A stretch of DNA of 64,000 nt from an uncultured Gemmatimonadales bacterium (GCA_963850905.1 CAWKMU010000003.1:2080001-2144000), one strand, 5' to 3'. Positions 19,499-30,199 are shown, counted from the stretch's first letter. Numbers and translations: made by a program. Notes: a model not told the origin generated them from the sequence alone.

Positions 19499-20079
19499 GA
19501 GAACACCGTGCGCGGGCGAAACGCCAGAAACGCGCTCGCGCACAGCCCTGAAGCGAGAGAGCCGGCCAGTACTCCCATCTTGGACAGATTGAGCAAGGCT
19601 TGATCGTTGAACGCCAGTGTCGCGATGAAGAGCGACATCGTGAAGCCGATGCCGCAGAGCCAAGCGGCTCCAAGCAGAGCGCCCGGCGTCAGGTCGGCCG
19701 GCGCGGTCGCGACCCCGAACGTTCGGGACATCTGGGCGAAGAACCAAATGCCAACGGGCTTACCGATGAACAGCCCGGCGGCGACTCCGATCGCCGCCGG
19801 ATTCCGGGCGGCAGCCGACAGTTTTCCCGCTAGCGGGATCCCCAGGTTTGCGAACGCAAAGAGTGGGAGGACCGCGAAGCTGACCCACGGGTGAAGCAGG
19901 CGCTCAATGCGTTGCAGCGGCGACTCGACCATATCCAGCTGCGCGTCCATCGTCGTCGCGACGAGTAGCACGCCGCTGGCCGCCTCGACCCTCGCGAACG
20001 CCAAGAACGGACTCAGCAACACGCCGATCGGACGTATTGCCGACTGAGAAGCGCCGGGATCGTCAGCCGCGTGTGTCAC
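19495..20079 (-). pseudogene. nhaA: Na+/H+ antiporter NhaA with large in-frame internal deletion
   Basis: N-terminus FARVEAASGVLLVATT is joined directly to ESPLQRIERLLHPW...LPLFAFANLG...GKPVGI...LCGIGFTMSLFIA. Only 194 aa; the central ATDIAF and AIxDD motifs are absent. Confidence 0.85.
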
Positions 20080-20332
20080 GCGTATCGCAGGTGATCTCGC
20101 ATCCTGAGCCTGAGCGGCACTGCAAGAACGGCAACAGAACCCGCTTTGTAGAGGGCCGGCGACACTGACTCTTTGGTTGACACCCGCCGTGCGCGCGCCG
20201 CGTGCGGCAGGCGCGAGCGGTGGCGCGTCGCCAGCATCGCGTGCCCGGCGAGGTCATCTCCACGAGCACGCGGCATGCACAGTCGAGACTGTCTCCTCGT
20301 TCGACGACATACGGTCTCTCTGCCATCTGTCC

Positions 20333-21760
20333 GTGACCGACCTCATTCAGACCGACATCCCCCACCGTCTCGATCGGCTCCCCTGGAGTCGGTTCCACAC
20401 GCTGGTGATCGCTGCCCTCGGGATCACGTGGATTCTGGATGGCCTCGAGGTCACACTCGCCGGTTCCGTCGCGAGCGCGTTGCAGGATAGCCCAGCGCTC
20501 CACATGACCGCGCCGCAGGTGGGTGCATCGGCGAGCGCATATCTCATCGGCAACATCGCGGGTGCGCTCGTATTCGGATGGCTGACCGATCGATGGGGCC
20601 GCAAGCGCCTCTTTACCATCACGTTGAGCCTGTACCTCTTGGCCACCGCCGCGACGGCGCTGTCCTGGAGCTTTGCGAGCTATGCCGCATTCCGGTGCCT
20701 GACCGGGGCTGGCATTGGCGGCGAAGCGACCGCGATCAACTCGGCCATTCAAGAGCTCATGCCTGCGCGCTATCGCGGCCACACTGATCTTGCCATCAAC
20801 GGAAGCTTCTGGGTCGGCGCGGCGCTCGGCGCGGTGGTCACCATCATTCTGCTCGTGCCCGGCCGCCTGCCGCCGGATATCGGTTGGCGCGCCGCGTTCG
20901 GTACGGGAGCCGTCCTCGGGTTGGGGGTCATCGGCCTGCGACGATACATCCCGGAGAGTCCTCGATGGCTCATGGTGCACAACCGCGTCGAGGAAGCGGA
21001 GCGAATCGTCGGTCTGATCGAGCTGCGGGTACGGGCAGGGACCGGCAAGACGCTAGCGACCGTGACCGAGCGAATTCGACTCCGCCGGCGGGAACGGACG
21101 TCCCTGGCCGACCTCGCGCGCACATTGCTCCAGCACTATCGCCGGCGCACCGTGCTCGGCGTCGTGCTGGTCGCCGCCCAAGCCTTCTTCTACAACGCCA
21201 TTTTCTTCACGTACGCGTTGGTCCTGCGGAAGTTCTACGGAGTGCCATCCGAACATGTGGGCTGGTATCTGCTGCCGTTCGCGGCCGGGAACTTTGCCGG
21301 CCCCCTCGTGCTCGGCCGGTTCTTCGACACGATCGGTCGTCGTCCGATGATCGTCGCAACGTACTTCGCGTCGGGTACGCTGCTGACGATCGCGGCGTTT
21401 CTGTTCGCCCATGGGGTGCTGGACGCCGTCACGCAGACCGTCGCGTGGTCCGCGATCTTCTTCTTTGCGTCGGCAGCCGCCAGCGCCGCGTATCTCACCA
21501 TCAGCGAGTCCTTCCCGCTCGAGATCCGCGCGTTAGCTATCGCTCTGTTCTACTCGACCGGCACCTTGTTGGGCGGAGTCGCGGCGCCCTGGCTGTTCGG
21601 ACACCTGATCGCCAGCGGTGAACGCGTCAACGTGCTGTGGGGCTATCTCCTCGGGGCCGCCTTGATGATCCTCGCTGCGCTCGTCGAAGCGCGCATTGGC
21701 ATCGCCGCGGAACGTCGTCCGCTCGAAAGTGTCGCTGCGCCCCTCTCGGCTGCGGAGTGA
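20333..21760 (+). CDS. MFS transporter (sugar/organic acid porter-like)
   Basis: RLDRLPWSRFH, WILDGLE, WLTDRWGRKR, GIGGE, PESPRWL, FDTIGRR, SESFPLEIRA. Confidence 0.92.
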   Translation: MTDLIQTDIPHRLDRLPWSRFHTLVIAALGITWILDGLEVTLAGSVASALQDSPALHMTAPQVGASASAYLIGNIAGALVFGWLTDRWGRKRLFTITLSLYLLATAATALSWSFASYAAFRCLTGAGIGGEATAINSAIQELMPARYRGHTDLAINGSFWVGAALGAVVTIILLVPGRLPPDIGWRAAFGTGAVLGLGVIGLRRYIPESPRWLMVHNRVEEAERIVGLIELRVRAGTGKTLATVTERIRLRRRERTSLADLARTLLQHYRRRTVLGVVLVAAQAFFYNAIFFTYALVLRKFYGVPSEHVGWYLLPFAAGNFAGPLVLGRFFDTIGRRPMIVATYFASGTLLTIAAFLFAHGVLDAVTQTVAWSAIFFFASAAASAAYLTISESFPLEIRALAIALFYSTGTLLGGVAAPWLFGHLIASGERVNVLWGYLLGAALMILAALVEARIGIAAERRPLESVAAPLSAAE

Positions 21761-21791
21761 CCTAGGGCCAGATGGAAGAGCGTCTACCCCC

Positions 21792-23096
21792 CTACTGATC
21801 GCGCTGGTCCGTCGCGAACGCGCTTTCCGCTCGGATGTCGGCGCGCGCCGCGGCGAGAAAGTTCGCAAAAAACGCATTCAGCTCGGCGGTCGCCGAGTCC
21901 GAGAATGCGGTGTTCAAGTGCGCGCTGACGCGGTTGAGCCAGCGCAGGATGGGACTCTCCTCGACATCGAACTCGTAGCGTTGCTGGAACTCGGTTTGGC
22001 GGCCGACGGTATCCGCGACGAGCAATTCGTATCGAGCGCCCGAGTCGGCGAACGGACGGGCGAGCGGGGCGGTGACGAGGCGATCGAGCGCTAACGGAAA
22101 GTCCCACGTCGGCTCCCGTGTGAACACCAAGCGCGCGCCGTAGACGTGCGCACGGTCGAACAGTGTGATGTGACTGACGAGGTCCCGCACCCCGAATGAG
22201 AACATCGACATTTTCGTCGAATAGTCGGTATGCAGGGTTAACGAATCCGGCAGGGGCCGCAACGGGCCGCCGAGCGGGGCGACGTGCCCGGTGGGGGTCG
22301 TGGCAATTTCGAGTGCGAAACGGCCGCCTCCGAAATCCAGTCGCAACCACTCTGCCCCGAGGTCGTCGGTGGCGACGGCGTGGATCCGAGTCGGCTCGGC
22401 TGTTGTCCGCAACGCCGCCGCGTAGTGCGGATACGTGGACGCCAGGCGGGCAATGTTCACACCGACAATGAGCCGAATGCGCGTTCTGAGTGAGTCTCGC
22501 CGCGTCACGAGGCTGTCGAGGGAAAGCAGACGGCTGAGCGCCGCGGCTGTGCGTGGATATCGGGCTGTTTCCGCCGCCCGAAATACGCTGTTCGTCATTT
22601 GAGCGGCTTGGCCCAATATGGCCCGAATCGCGCGGTCGAGATCCTCGACCGTGAGCGAACCAAGCGCCTGCTCGACGAACATCGTCCAGCGAAACTGCTG
22701 GCGACCGAATCGCTGCAAGCGGACGATTCTGCGCGACGCGCCGAGGTCGGCAGGCGCGGCCGAGTCGGGCACGACGTCGTAGTGGCCGTCGCGGAATGTT
22801 GCGCCAATGGTCAAGGTCCGCGTGTCGGGCGCGGAGGCGGTCCACTTCGAGGTGTCGCCGTAGATGTAGGAGGGGACCAGCAACGTCTGGTCGACCGTTG
22901 CGAATGCTGCAGCCACCTTCGGGCTGAGCTGAATATTGGTGCTGCTGAGCTGAAAGCTCGCGAGTGCATCGTCCACCTTCTGACGCGCACCGGCCGGGGT
23001 CGGCCCCGCGCATCCGGCGATGCTCGCGACTACTACCATCGCGGCCGCGAGCGCGCACGCACGCCGCTCGACACGTGTGATTGCCGGGAGTATCAC
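21792..23096 (-). CDS. Hypothetical exported protein or lipoprotein (start uncertain)
   Basis: Long ORF with protein-like composition and lipobox-like SIAGC after a hydrophobic stretch; no recognised catalytic motif. Confidence 0.65.
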   Translation of the reverse strand: MILPAITRVERRACALAAAMVVVASIAGCAGPTPAGARQKVDDALASFQLSSTNIQLSPKVAAAFATVDQTLLVPSYIYGDTSKWTASAPDTRTLTIGATFRDGHYDVVPDSAAPADLGASRRIVRLQRFGRQQFRWTMFVEQALGSLTVEDLDRAIRAILGQAAQMTNSVFRAAETARYPRTAAALSRLLSLDSLVTRRDSLRTRIRLIVGVNIARLASTYPHYAAALRTTAEPTRIHAVATDDLGAEWLRLDFGGGRFALEIATTPTGHVAPLGGPLRPLPDSLTLHTDYSTKMSMFSFGVRDLVSHITLFDRAHVYGARLVFTREPTWDFPLALDRLVTAPLARPFADSGARYELLVADTVGRQTEFQQRYEFDVEESPILRWLNRVSAHLNTAFSDSATAELNAFFANFLAAARADIRAESAFATDQRDQ

Positions 23097-23300
23097 CTGA
23101 CGCCCGGAGATTCCGTACCTCCGCTCGGACGGGGTCAGCTTTGCTGTGCGTCGGCGACAGTGCCGTCCCGGCGAGATCGAAGGTCCGAGCAACGAGGGCA
23201 TCGCGGTCGTGGTATCGCGTTTTGCGGGCCAGACACCCGTCGGCGTCCGCGCGACACTCACCCCGGATCAGCTCCTCCAAGGTTCAGGTCGCGGCATCGG

Positions 23301-24119
23301 TCACCGTGGCGCCTTCTCGATTCGCTCCAGGACACGGCGGGCACCCATTCGGTCGGCCAACTCCGCAAACGCGCTCGTCGGTCCGAGCCAGCGGAGCTCT
23401 TCCACATCGCGAAACAGGGGAGCGTCGGTCCGCAGCGTCGCGAGGGTCTTGAACAGAAGCGCCAGCTCACGCTGCTCACCTAGGACACCAGACGGAAACT
23501 GTTCGATGGTCCCGTGCTGATTCAGGAGTCTCGCCGCGGTGACTCTGCCGATGCCCTGGATTCCGGGATACCCATCCTGGGCATCGCCGACCAGCGCAAG
23601 AAAGTCCGGAATGAGCTCGGGACCGACACCGAACTTCGCGCGTACACCATCCGCGTTGCGTATGGCACCGCTTCGGCGGTCGACCTGCACGACTCGGTCG
23701 CCACGCACACACTGGGCGAGATCTTTGTCGTTGGCCCATATGCAAATCTTGTCGACGCGATCACTCTCGGACGCCAGGTGAGCTGCCGACGCCAGTGCAT
23801 CGTCGGCCTCCAGCTCCACCATAGGCCAGACCGCCACACCCGCAGCGATGAGTGCGTCTTCGAGCGGCTGGAATTGCGCGGCGAGCGCGGGCTCAATGCC
23901 ATCCCCGGTCTTGTAGCCGGCCCACAGATCGTTGCGAAATGATTCGATGATATGGTCGGTCGCGACGCCAAGGTGGGTCGCTCCCTGCTCGATCATCTGC
24001 GCGATGGTACCCAGCACGCCGATGACGGCGCCGAACGGAGGATCTCCCTCGTTGGCGCGTCGAAGCCCATAGAAGTGACGGAACAACTCGTACGTGCCAT
24101 CGACTACATGAACGAGCAT
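23301..24119 (-). CDS. Stand-alone 5'-3' exonuclease / flap endonuclease (PolI N-terminal / Xni-like)
   Basis: VVDGT, SFRN...YK, EADD, DKD, LVGDAQDGYPGIQGIG (H3TH motif). Confidence 0.9.
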   Translation of the reverse strand: MLVHVVDGTYELFRHFYGLRRANEGDPPFGAVIGVLGTIAQMIEQGATHLGVATDHIIESFRNDLWAGYKTGDGIEPALAAQFQPLEDALIAAGVAVWPMVELEADDALASAAHLASESDRVDKICIWANDKDLAQCVRGDRVVQVDRRSGAIRNADGVRAKFGVGPELIPDFLALVGDAQDGYPGIQGIGRVTAARLLNQHGTIEQFPSGVLGEQRELALLFKTLATLRTDAPLFRDVEELRWLGPTSAFAELADRMGARRVLERIEKAPR

Positions 24120-24195
24120 GTCACCCCGTGCTGGGAGCCGGGGCACCCGGCTCCGCGGATCGGCTCACCGAACCCGCGCTACTCTGGCGGCCGCG

Positions 24196-24855
24196 TTACA
24201 GGCGATCGACGACGCGCGCTTTGATCGCCTCATATTCGGCGTCGGTGATGAGGCCACCTGACAGCATCTCCTTGGCCTGCTGGAGACGCGCTACGGGATC
24301 GGCTGCGTCGGCCGGTGCGCCGGCCGACGCGGGCGCCTGGGCCCCGAACTGCAGTCCGCCCGACTTGGCACGCAACTCGTCCAGGTCGCGTATGCGCCGT
24401 TTTTCACGCCACGCCTGGGACTGGGCCTGGCAGACCCGGTAGACATTCTCGGCCTGGTCCTTCCGAAGCCCGGTCGTAATGAACGTGCCACCCTGCTGAT
24501 CCGCCGACGCGAGGTCCTGGCGTCGCAGCACCTTGACCACCAGGTCCGCGCCGAGCATGCCGACATGCACGTGGACTTCCTCAATGTCCTGCCACCGTAC
24601 ATCCGTAGGAGTGAAACCGCCGAATAGTCCGCGCGCGATGACGATGAAGCGACCGGTCGTCGCAGCAACGAGCGCTCGGCGCCGCGTGAGCGCAAACGCG
24701 CGGCGCTGAACGGCGACCGCCTGGAGCGTCTCCCCCGGAACGAGGATGGTTTTCAAATGGTCGATCGCCGCCGCGATCCGCGGGCTCTCCACCGGCATGC
24801 CCGCTGGTGGCGCGCTGTCCGACGGCCTGGCCTGGGATGCTTGATCGTTTGCCAT
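24196..24855 (-). CDS. Bacterial PH-domain protein with C-terminal SHOCT domain
   Basis: bPH-like core (VAATTGRFIVIARG...VRWQDI); SHOCT tail RLQQAKEMLSGGLITDAEYEAIK. Confidence 0.75.
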   Translation of the reverse strand: MANDQASQARPSDSAPPAGMPVESPRIAAAIDHLKTILVPGETLQAVAVQRRAFALTRRRALVAATTGRFIVIARGLFGGFTPTDVRWQDIEEVHVHVGMLGADLVVKVLRRQDLASADQQGGTFITTGLRKDQAENVYRVCQAQSQAWREKRRIRDLDELRAKSGGLQFGAQAPASAGAPADAADPVARLQQAKEMLSGGLITDAEYEAIKARVVDRL

Positions 24856-24924
24856 GGCGATTGCCTCGCAGAATGGGCAGATGCCCACATGGAAGTTAGC
24901 GACTCTGGTACGCCGTCCCGCTGT

Positions 24925-26754
24925 TCATTCTCGCGAGTACGACTCTTCGCCAGAGGGGTCGCGGGCCTTGAGTGTCTTGACCTGGCCGTCTTGCATCACG
25001 AACTCCCAGATCGCATCAGCGAAGTGCTCGCTCCGGAATTGAAGGCCCTTGATCGGAATCAGCTTCTCCGGCGGTCCCCCGGGGAACTGGAGCGCGATGC
25101 CGGCTCCTGGTGCGTACACGACCTGAAACTTGGCTTTGTCCGGTGTCACGTACACGCCCGCCAGTTTGGCCAGAACCGCCGGATCCACGACTTCGGGTTT
25201 GCGCGTGAAGACTGTCGCGGCCTCGTCCAGAGAGATGGACGCGGCATTGACGTCGCCCTCCGGCCCCGTCTGGAAATTGACGGAGAATCGCCCGTACTCC
25301 TCGTCGTCCGGCGTGTCGAACCGGTCGTAGTGGAAGTGTGTCAGGGGAAACTGAAACTCGTGAAAGCCGAATTGCAGCGAGTCGTTCTTCAGGCCGATCT
25401 TGATGATACCGTAGCCGGGGTTCTCGTACTCGCCAACGTAATCGGCAAGCGCATGAGACGGGTGGGTGTTGGGGACGCGATCGCCGCCCGCCTTCGTCCG
25501 CGCCTCGGTTCCCGCTTTCTTGTTCGCGAGGCGCATTTGCAGCATGCGCTGGCTCCACGGGGTCTGGTCGAGGCCGAGCAGCCGCTCGTAGACGTTATAG
25601 CTGACCGCGTTGTAGAGGGGTGATGCGTGGTCGCCGATCACGCAGACGATCACCCCAATCCGGTCGTTCGGCATGAAGGACACTTGCGAGTGAAATCCGG
25701 GGAGGTCGCCGCCGTGAAACGTGATCAGGTGGCCACGATACGCCGCCGTCTCGCGGCCCATCCCGTATGCAGCGTTCAACTCCTCCCAGAAGCCAAAGGC
25801 CTGCCCCATCGAGTTCGGCAATCCAATTGCCGGCTGGAGCGTAGCCTGGAGGACGCTCGCCGGTATTACCTGCTTTCCATTGTATTTCCCCTCATTCATC
25901 AGCGCGATCAGCCAATGCGAGAGATCATTGACGTTCGAGATGATGCCACCCGCTGGCGCGATGCCTTGCGTGTCCTCGTAATAGGGAATCTTGTAAAGCT
26001 CGAAGGAGTCGCGCTTTTCGCGGTATGGCACCCCGTGGTCGGGGTTGCGCGTCATGTCGGCGATCGTGTAGACCGTCGAGGTCATGTCCAGCGGCGTGAG
26101 GATGCGCGCTCGGACGAATTCCTCCCAGCTCTTGCCCGACTTGAGCTCGATGATGTGGCCGACGCCCGCGAACATCAGATTGTTGTAGAGGAACGCCTCC
26201 CGCATGGGCTGTTGCGGCTCCAGATACCGCAACTTGTCGAATAGCTCCTCACGTGAAAACGATGACTTGAACCAGATCAGGTCGTGCCGGGTGACACCCG
26301 TGCGATGCGACAGCATGTCGCGCAACGACACGTTGTCGTTGAGGAGGTCGTTGTAGAACTGGATGGTGGGAACCGACTGGCGCACCGGGCTGTCCCATGT
26401 CAGCTGTCCATCGGTGACGAGCATCCCCGCTGAAACGGCGGTGAAGAGCTTGGTGTTCGACGCGATCTGAAACAGCGTGGTCGGGGTAAAGGGGAGCTTC
26501 TGGTCGTAGTCGCGATAGCCGTAGCCCTTTGCGAATACCAGCTTGTCATTCACGACTATGCCCACGCCCATCCCCGGCGTATTCCAGTCCTTGATGGTCT
26601 GCTGCATGTAGGCGTCGAAGCCCTGGAGCTTCTTCGCGATATCAGGCGTCTGAGCCCGGACCGGGGCACCAGACACCATAGCGGCGACCAGCGGCGAGAG
26701 CACACGGATGGAACGCGCGACTCGGACGCATCGACCTGCGAGGTCGAGAGACAT
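24925..26754 (-). CDS. Beta-lactamase-family (AmpC/S12-like) serine hydrolase with DUF3471
   Basis: AGGAGG RBS; signal peptide; ASNTK (SxxK), LSHRTG, YNN, HGG; DUF3471-like YVGEYENPGYG. Confidence 0.9.
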   Translation of the reverse strand: MSLDLAGRCVRVARSIRVLSPLVAAMVSGAPVRAQTPDIAKKLQGFDAYMQQTIKDWNTPGMGVGIVVNDKLVFAKGYGYRDYDQKLPFTPTTLFQIASNTKLFTAVSAGMLVTDGQLTWDSPVRQSVPTIQFYNDLLNDNVSLRDMLSHRTGVTRHDLIWFKSSFSREELFDKLRYLEPQQPMREAFLYNNLMFAGVGHIIELKSGKSWEEFVRARILTPLDMTSTVYTIADMTRNPDHGVPYREKRDSFELYKIPYYEDTQGIAPAGGIISNVNDLSHWLIALMNEGKYNGKQVIPASVLQATLQPAIGLPNSMGQAFGFWEELNAAYGMGRETAAYRGHLITFHGGDLPGFHSQVSFMPNDRIGVIVCVIGDHASPLYNAVSYNVYERLLGLDQTPWSQRMLQMRLANKKAGTEARTKAGGDRVPNTHPSHALADYVGEYENPGYGIIKIGLKNDSLQFGFHEFQFPLTHFHYDRFDTPDDEEYGRFSVNFQTGPEGDVNAASISLDEAATVFTRKPEVVDPAVLAKLAGVYVTPDKAKFQVVYAPGAGIALQFPGGPPEKLIPIKGLQFRSEHFADAIWEFVMQDGQVKTLKARDPSGEESYSRE

Positions 26755-27145
26755 GGGACGGGCCTCCTGAGTGCCTTGAGGGGAAGGGCGATGTTGCGCC
26801 GAACGGTCGCGGCAGCACTCCCAGCGCCACCAGTATGTGAGACGGCGAGGGCCGGCGTCCAGAGCGGTTGGGGGCCGCCTGACCCCCGGAGATCGAACCA
26901 ACGAGAGACGGGTGTTCCTGGGCCTCGGACTCCAATGCGGCCACACTCCTGCGTCTCGTGGGAGGCCGCGAGGCCGAGGCAGTGTTTGTCGGCTATTGTT
27001 CCATGCAAGGGCATACGCGCACCGTCGAGGTGAACACCTATGACGACCCGCCCGACTGCTCGAACCGGGACAGGCTACACGGCACCGCGCGACCCGTCGC
27101 CTCGGTCGCTGCAGGCTGCACTGGAGCTGCCCGCGAGCGCCCATC

Positions 27146-28153
27146 GTGCGCCCTGACGTGCTCGCTGAGGCGGCCGAGTTGGCGACGCGCGGTGAGGCGT
27201 TCGTGCTCGTCACGGTCGTTCGGCGTGAAATGCCAAGCTCGGTCCACGTGGGTGACTCGGCGGTCGTCACTCGCGATGGCGGGTTTCACGGCTGGGTCGG
27301 TGGCGGCTGCACGCATCCCGCGGTTGTTCGCGAAGCGCTTGTGGCGCTGGCTGAGCGCGCCCCTCGACTGATCGCGCTCTCGCCAACGCCCGACGCGGAC
27401 CATCGGCCCGGCGTCGTGCCGGTGTTGCTGACGTGTCACAGTGGAGGCAGCGTGGACATCTACATCGAGCCGATCCTGCCATCGCCGCGTCTCGTGGTCT
27501 ACGGTGTTTCGCCGGTGGCCCATGCCCTCGCTTGCTTGGCCAAGGTATCGGCCTATGACGTCACCGTGGTCGATCCCGCGGCCCATCGCGCCAGCTTCCC
27601 GGAGGTCGATGCGGTGCGCACCCGGATCGGCGAGGAGTCATCGGGCGGTGATTCCGGAGCGTGGGTCTGCGCCGTGATCGCGACCATGGGGGACGGCGAT
27701 GAGGAGGCCGCGCGAGCTGCCCTCGCGCTCGACCCGGCCTACCTCGGCGTCGTCGCCAGTCAGAAGCGGTTCGCCCAGCTCCGCGCCACACTCGGTGCGC
27801 GGGGAGTCGCTGATGCGGACCTCGTTCGCATGAAGAATCCGGCCGGGCTGGATATCGGGGCCGAGCTGCCCGAAGAGATTGCATTGAGCATACTTGGTGA
27901 GATCGTCCAAACTCGCAGGCGCAACCGGCCGGACGCAGGAGAGGCACGTGCGCCCAGTCCGGCCGTTCAGACAATGCGCGCCGGGTCGGCACGCGACCCG
28001 GTCTGCGGGATGTCTGTCGCCATCGCCAGCGCCAGCCACCGGTCAGAGCATGCCGGACGCAGCTATTACTTTTGCGGCGCGGAGTGCAGACGGCAGTTCG
28101 AGCGCGACCCGGCCAGACACGCGGACACGCTGGCCGCGCGAGAGTCAGCGTGA
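27146..28153 (+). CDS. coxF: XdhC/CoxF family Moco-insertion chaperone fused to a C-terminal YHS domain
   Basis: GWVGGGC, TCHSGGSVDIYIEP, YLGVVAS, PAGLDIGAELPEEIALSILGEI; YHS-like DPVCGM...YYFCGAECRRQF. Confidence 0.85.
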   Translation: MRPDVLAEAAELATRGEAFVLVTVVRREMPSSVHVGDSAVVTRDGGFHGWVGGGCTHPAVVREALVALAERAPRLIALSPTPDADHRPGVVPVLLTCHSGGSVDIYIEPILPSPRLVVYGVSPVAHALACLAKVSAYDVTVVDPAAHRASFPEVDAVRTRIGEESSGGDSGAWVCAVIATMGDGDEEAARAALALDPAYLGVVASQKRFAQLRATLGARGVADADLVRMKNPAGLDIGAELPEEIALSILGEIVQTRRRNRPDAGEARAPSPAVQTMRAGSARDPVCGMSVAIASASHRSEHAGRSYYFCGAECRRQFERDPARHADTLAARESA

Positions 28154-29046
28154 GCGACAGCATTCGTCGCCTCCAGGAAGAGATGGAGCGCAACGACTAC
28201 ATCGCCGACCCGGCGATCGCGACGGCGGTGCATCTCGCCATCGAGATGCGGAAACCGTTGCTCGTCGAGGGAGATGCCGGCGTCGGCAAGAGCGAGATCG
28301 GGAAGGTATTGGCGCGTATGCTCCACGCGGAGCTCATTCGCCTCCAATGCTATCAGGGCCTCGACGTCAACACCGCGCTCTATGAATGGAACTATGAACG
28401 CCAGCTTCTGCGGCTCAAGATCGCGGAACGAAACGGTCAGGATCCTGGCGAGCTCGAGAGCGCCATTTTCGGCCGCGACTATCTGCTCGAGCGCCCGCTG
28501 CTGCGCGCCATTACTCGCCCCGATAGGGCACCGGTCCTCCTCGTCGACGAGGTGGACCGCGCTGACGATGCGTTCGAGGCGTTCCTCCTCGAGGTGCTCT
28601 CGGACTTTCAGGTGACGGTCCCGGAGCTCGGGCCGATCCGCGCGACGCATGTGCCGTATGTCGTGCTGACGTCCAACCACACGCGCGAAATCGGCGATGC
28701 GCTGCGGCGTCGCTGCCTCTACTTGTACATCGAACACCCGAGCTTCGATAAGGAAGTGGCCATCATTCGGCGCCGGGTACCCGATGTAAGCCAACGGCTC
28801 GCCGACGAGATTGCGCGGTTCACGCAGGCGCTTCGCTCGAGGGATCTCAACAAGATTCCCGGAGTGGCAGAGACCCTGGATTGGTCTCGAGCCCTCGTCC
28901 GCTTGCATCGGGATCGCGTCGACGTCGAGACCGTCAACGCGACGCTCGGGTGTCTCCTGAAGGATCGCGACGATGTCCGCGCATTCGACGCGTCGGAGAT
29001 GGCGGCATTGGTCGCGGCGGCGCGCCACAGCGATGCGACCGGTTAA
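28150..29046 (+). CDS. coxD: MoxR-type AAA+ ATPase CoxD
   Basis: GTG overlaps the upstream TGA; EGDAGVGKS, IRLQCYQG, YEWNY, VDEVDRAD, FQVTVPELG, DALRRRCLY. Confidence 0.92.
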   Translation: MSDSIRRLQEEMERNDYIADPAIATAVHLAIEMRKPLLVEGDAGVGKSEIGKVLARMLHAELIRLQCYQGLDVNTALYEWNYERQLLRLKIAERNGQDPGELESAIFGRDYLLERPLLRAITRPDRAPVLLVDEVDRADDAFEAFLLEVLSDFQVTVPELGPIRATHVPYVVLTSNHTREIGDALRRRCLYLYIEHPSFDKEVAIIRRRVPDVSQRLADEIARFTQALRSRDLNKIPGVAETLDWSRALVRLHRDRVDVETVNATLGCLLKDRDDVRAFDASEMAALVAAARHSDATG

Positions 29047-30192
29047 TGAGCTCGCCTGACCTGGTCACCCATTCTCGTCGGTTTCGCTGGCCAGTTGCGA
29101 GAAGGCGGCATCACCGTCGCGATGACCGACGAGATCGATGCGGCCGCAGCGCTGGGTCTCATCGACCTCTTCGATGAGCGGGAAGTGCGGTTCGCGATGC
29201 GATCGGCCTTGAAGATCCGCCGCCACGACTGGGAGTTGTTCGACCAATTGTTCCACCAGTACTGGCGAGAGGGCGCAGTGCGGGTCCCCCGCGAGAACGT
29301 CCCCAGATCCCTCCCCATTCCCCCGACGCGCTTGCCGAGAACGGCGGTGCGTCCGCCCAGCCCCGCGATGCGACCAGCGGCGTCCGCACGAGAGGGAGGT
29401 CAGGGCGAGGTGGCTGACGGAGACACCCCCGGGTACAGTGCGGAGGCGCTGCTCCGGCAGAAGCCGTTTGATCAGTGCAGCAGCCAGGATCTGGCCGCCA
29501 TGGAGCGTTTGCTAGTCCGGCTGAGAGTTCAAATCGCAACGCGACCGAGTCGACGGCTCGTACCGACGCGCCATCGCGAGCTCGTTGACCTGCGCCGGAG
29601 CTTTCGTCGTGCCGTGGGCACTCGGGGGGAGCTGGTGGCCTTGGCCCGGCGAACGCGGGCCAAGGACGAGCCCCGGGTGGTGCTGCTGTGCGACACCAGC
29701 GGCTCGATGGACCCGCACACCCGGTTCCTGCTTGCGTTCGTGTTGTCGTTCAAGCGCCTTGCGAAACGAACTGAGGTATTTGCTTTCAACACAGCGCTCA
29801 CTCGGATGACGGAATGGCTGTCTCCGGCCAAGATAGGTCCGACGTTGGACCGACTGGCGGCCGGGGTACCCGATTGGTCCGGCGGTACGCGAATCGGGGA
29901 GAGCCTGACGACGTTCGTATCGCGACACCGCGATACCCTGTTGGGCCCGGATGTCGTCGTGGTGATCCTGAGTGATGGTCTCGATTGCGGCGACCCGCAC
30001 ATTCTCTCTCGCGCCATGCGCGCGATCCACGCGCGCGCGCGCCGCGTGATTTGGCTCAACCCCCTGCTCGGCGATTCCCGGTATCAGCCGCTGGCACGAG
30101 GGATGGAGGCAGCGCTGCCACACATCGATCACTTTGGATCGGCCCACAACCTGCAGTCTCTCGAACGCTTCCTGCACGCTCTCGTCCCGTGA
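29046..30192 (+). CDS. coxE: VWA-domain protein CoxE; +1 frameshift at 29070-29075 (CATTCT)
   Basis: TAATG overlap with coxD. Removing one T gives MSSPDLVTHLVGFAGQLREGG (381 aa). MIDAS DTSGSM, WSGGTRIG, SDG, WLNP. Confidence 0.88.
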
Positions 30193-30199
30193 GCATCTC

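Noticed and set aside
21784..23280. 498-aa minus-strand ORF
   Set aside because: Arg/Pro-rich alternative frame overlapping the better ORF ending at 21792; a high-GC shadow ORF.
24925..26754. Antibiotic-resistance beta-lactamase call (also 55355-57191)
   Set aside because: SxxK hydrolases with HGG or GNGG motifs and extra domains are general peptidases/esterases; no class-defining KTG context is present.
26755..27270. N-terminal extension of the serine hydrolase ORF, or a Moco riboswitch upstream of the cox cluster
   Set aside because: The RBS and signal peptide point to a start at 26754. I could not recognise a Moco RNA by eye; an Infernal/Rfam scan of 26755-27145 would settle it.
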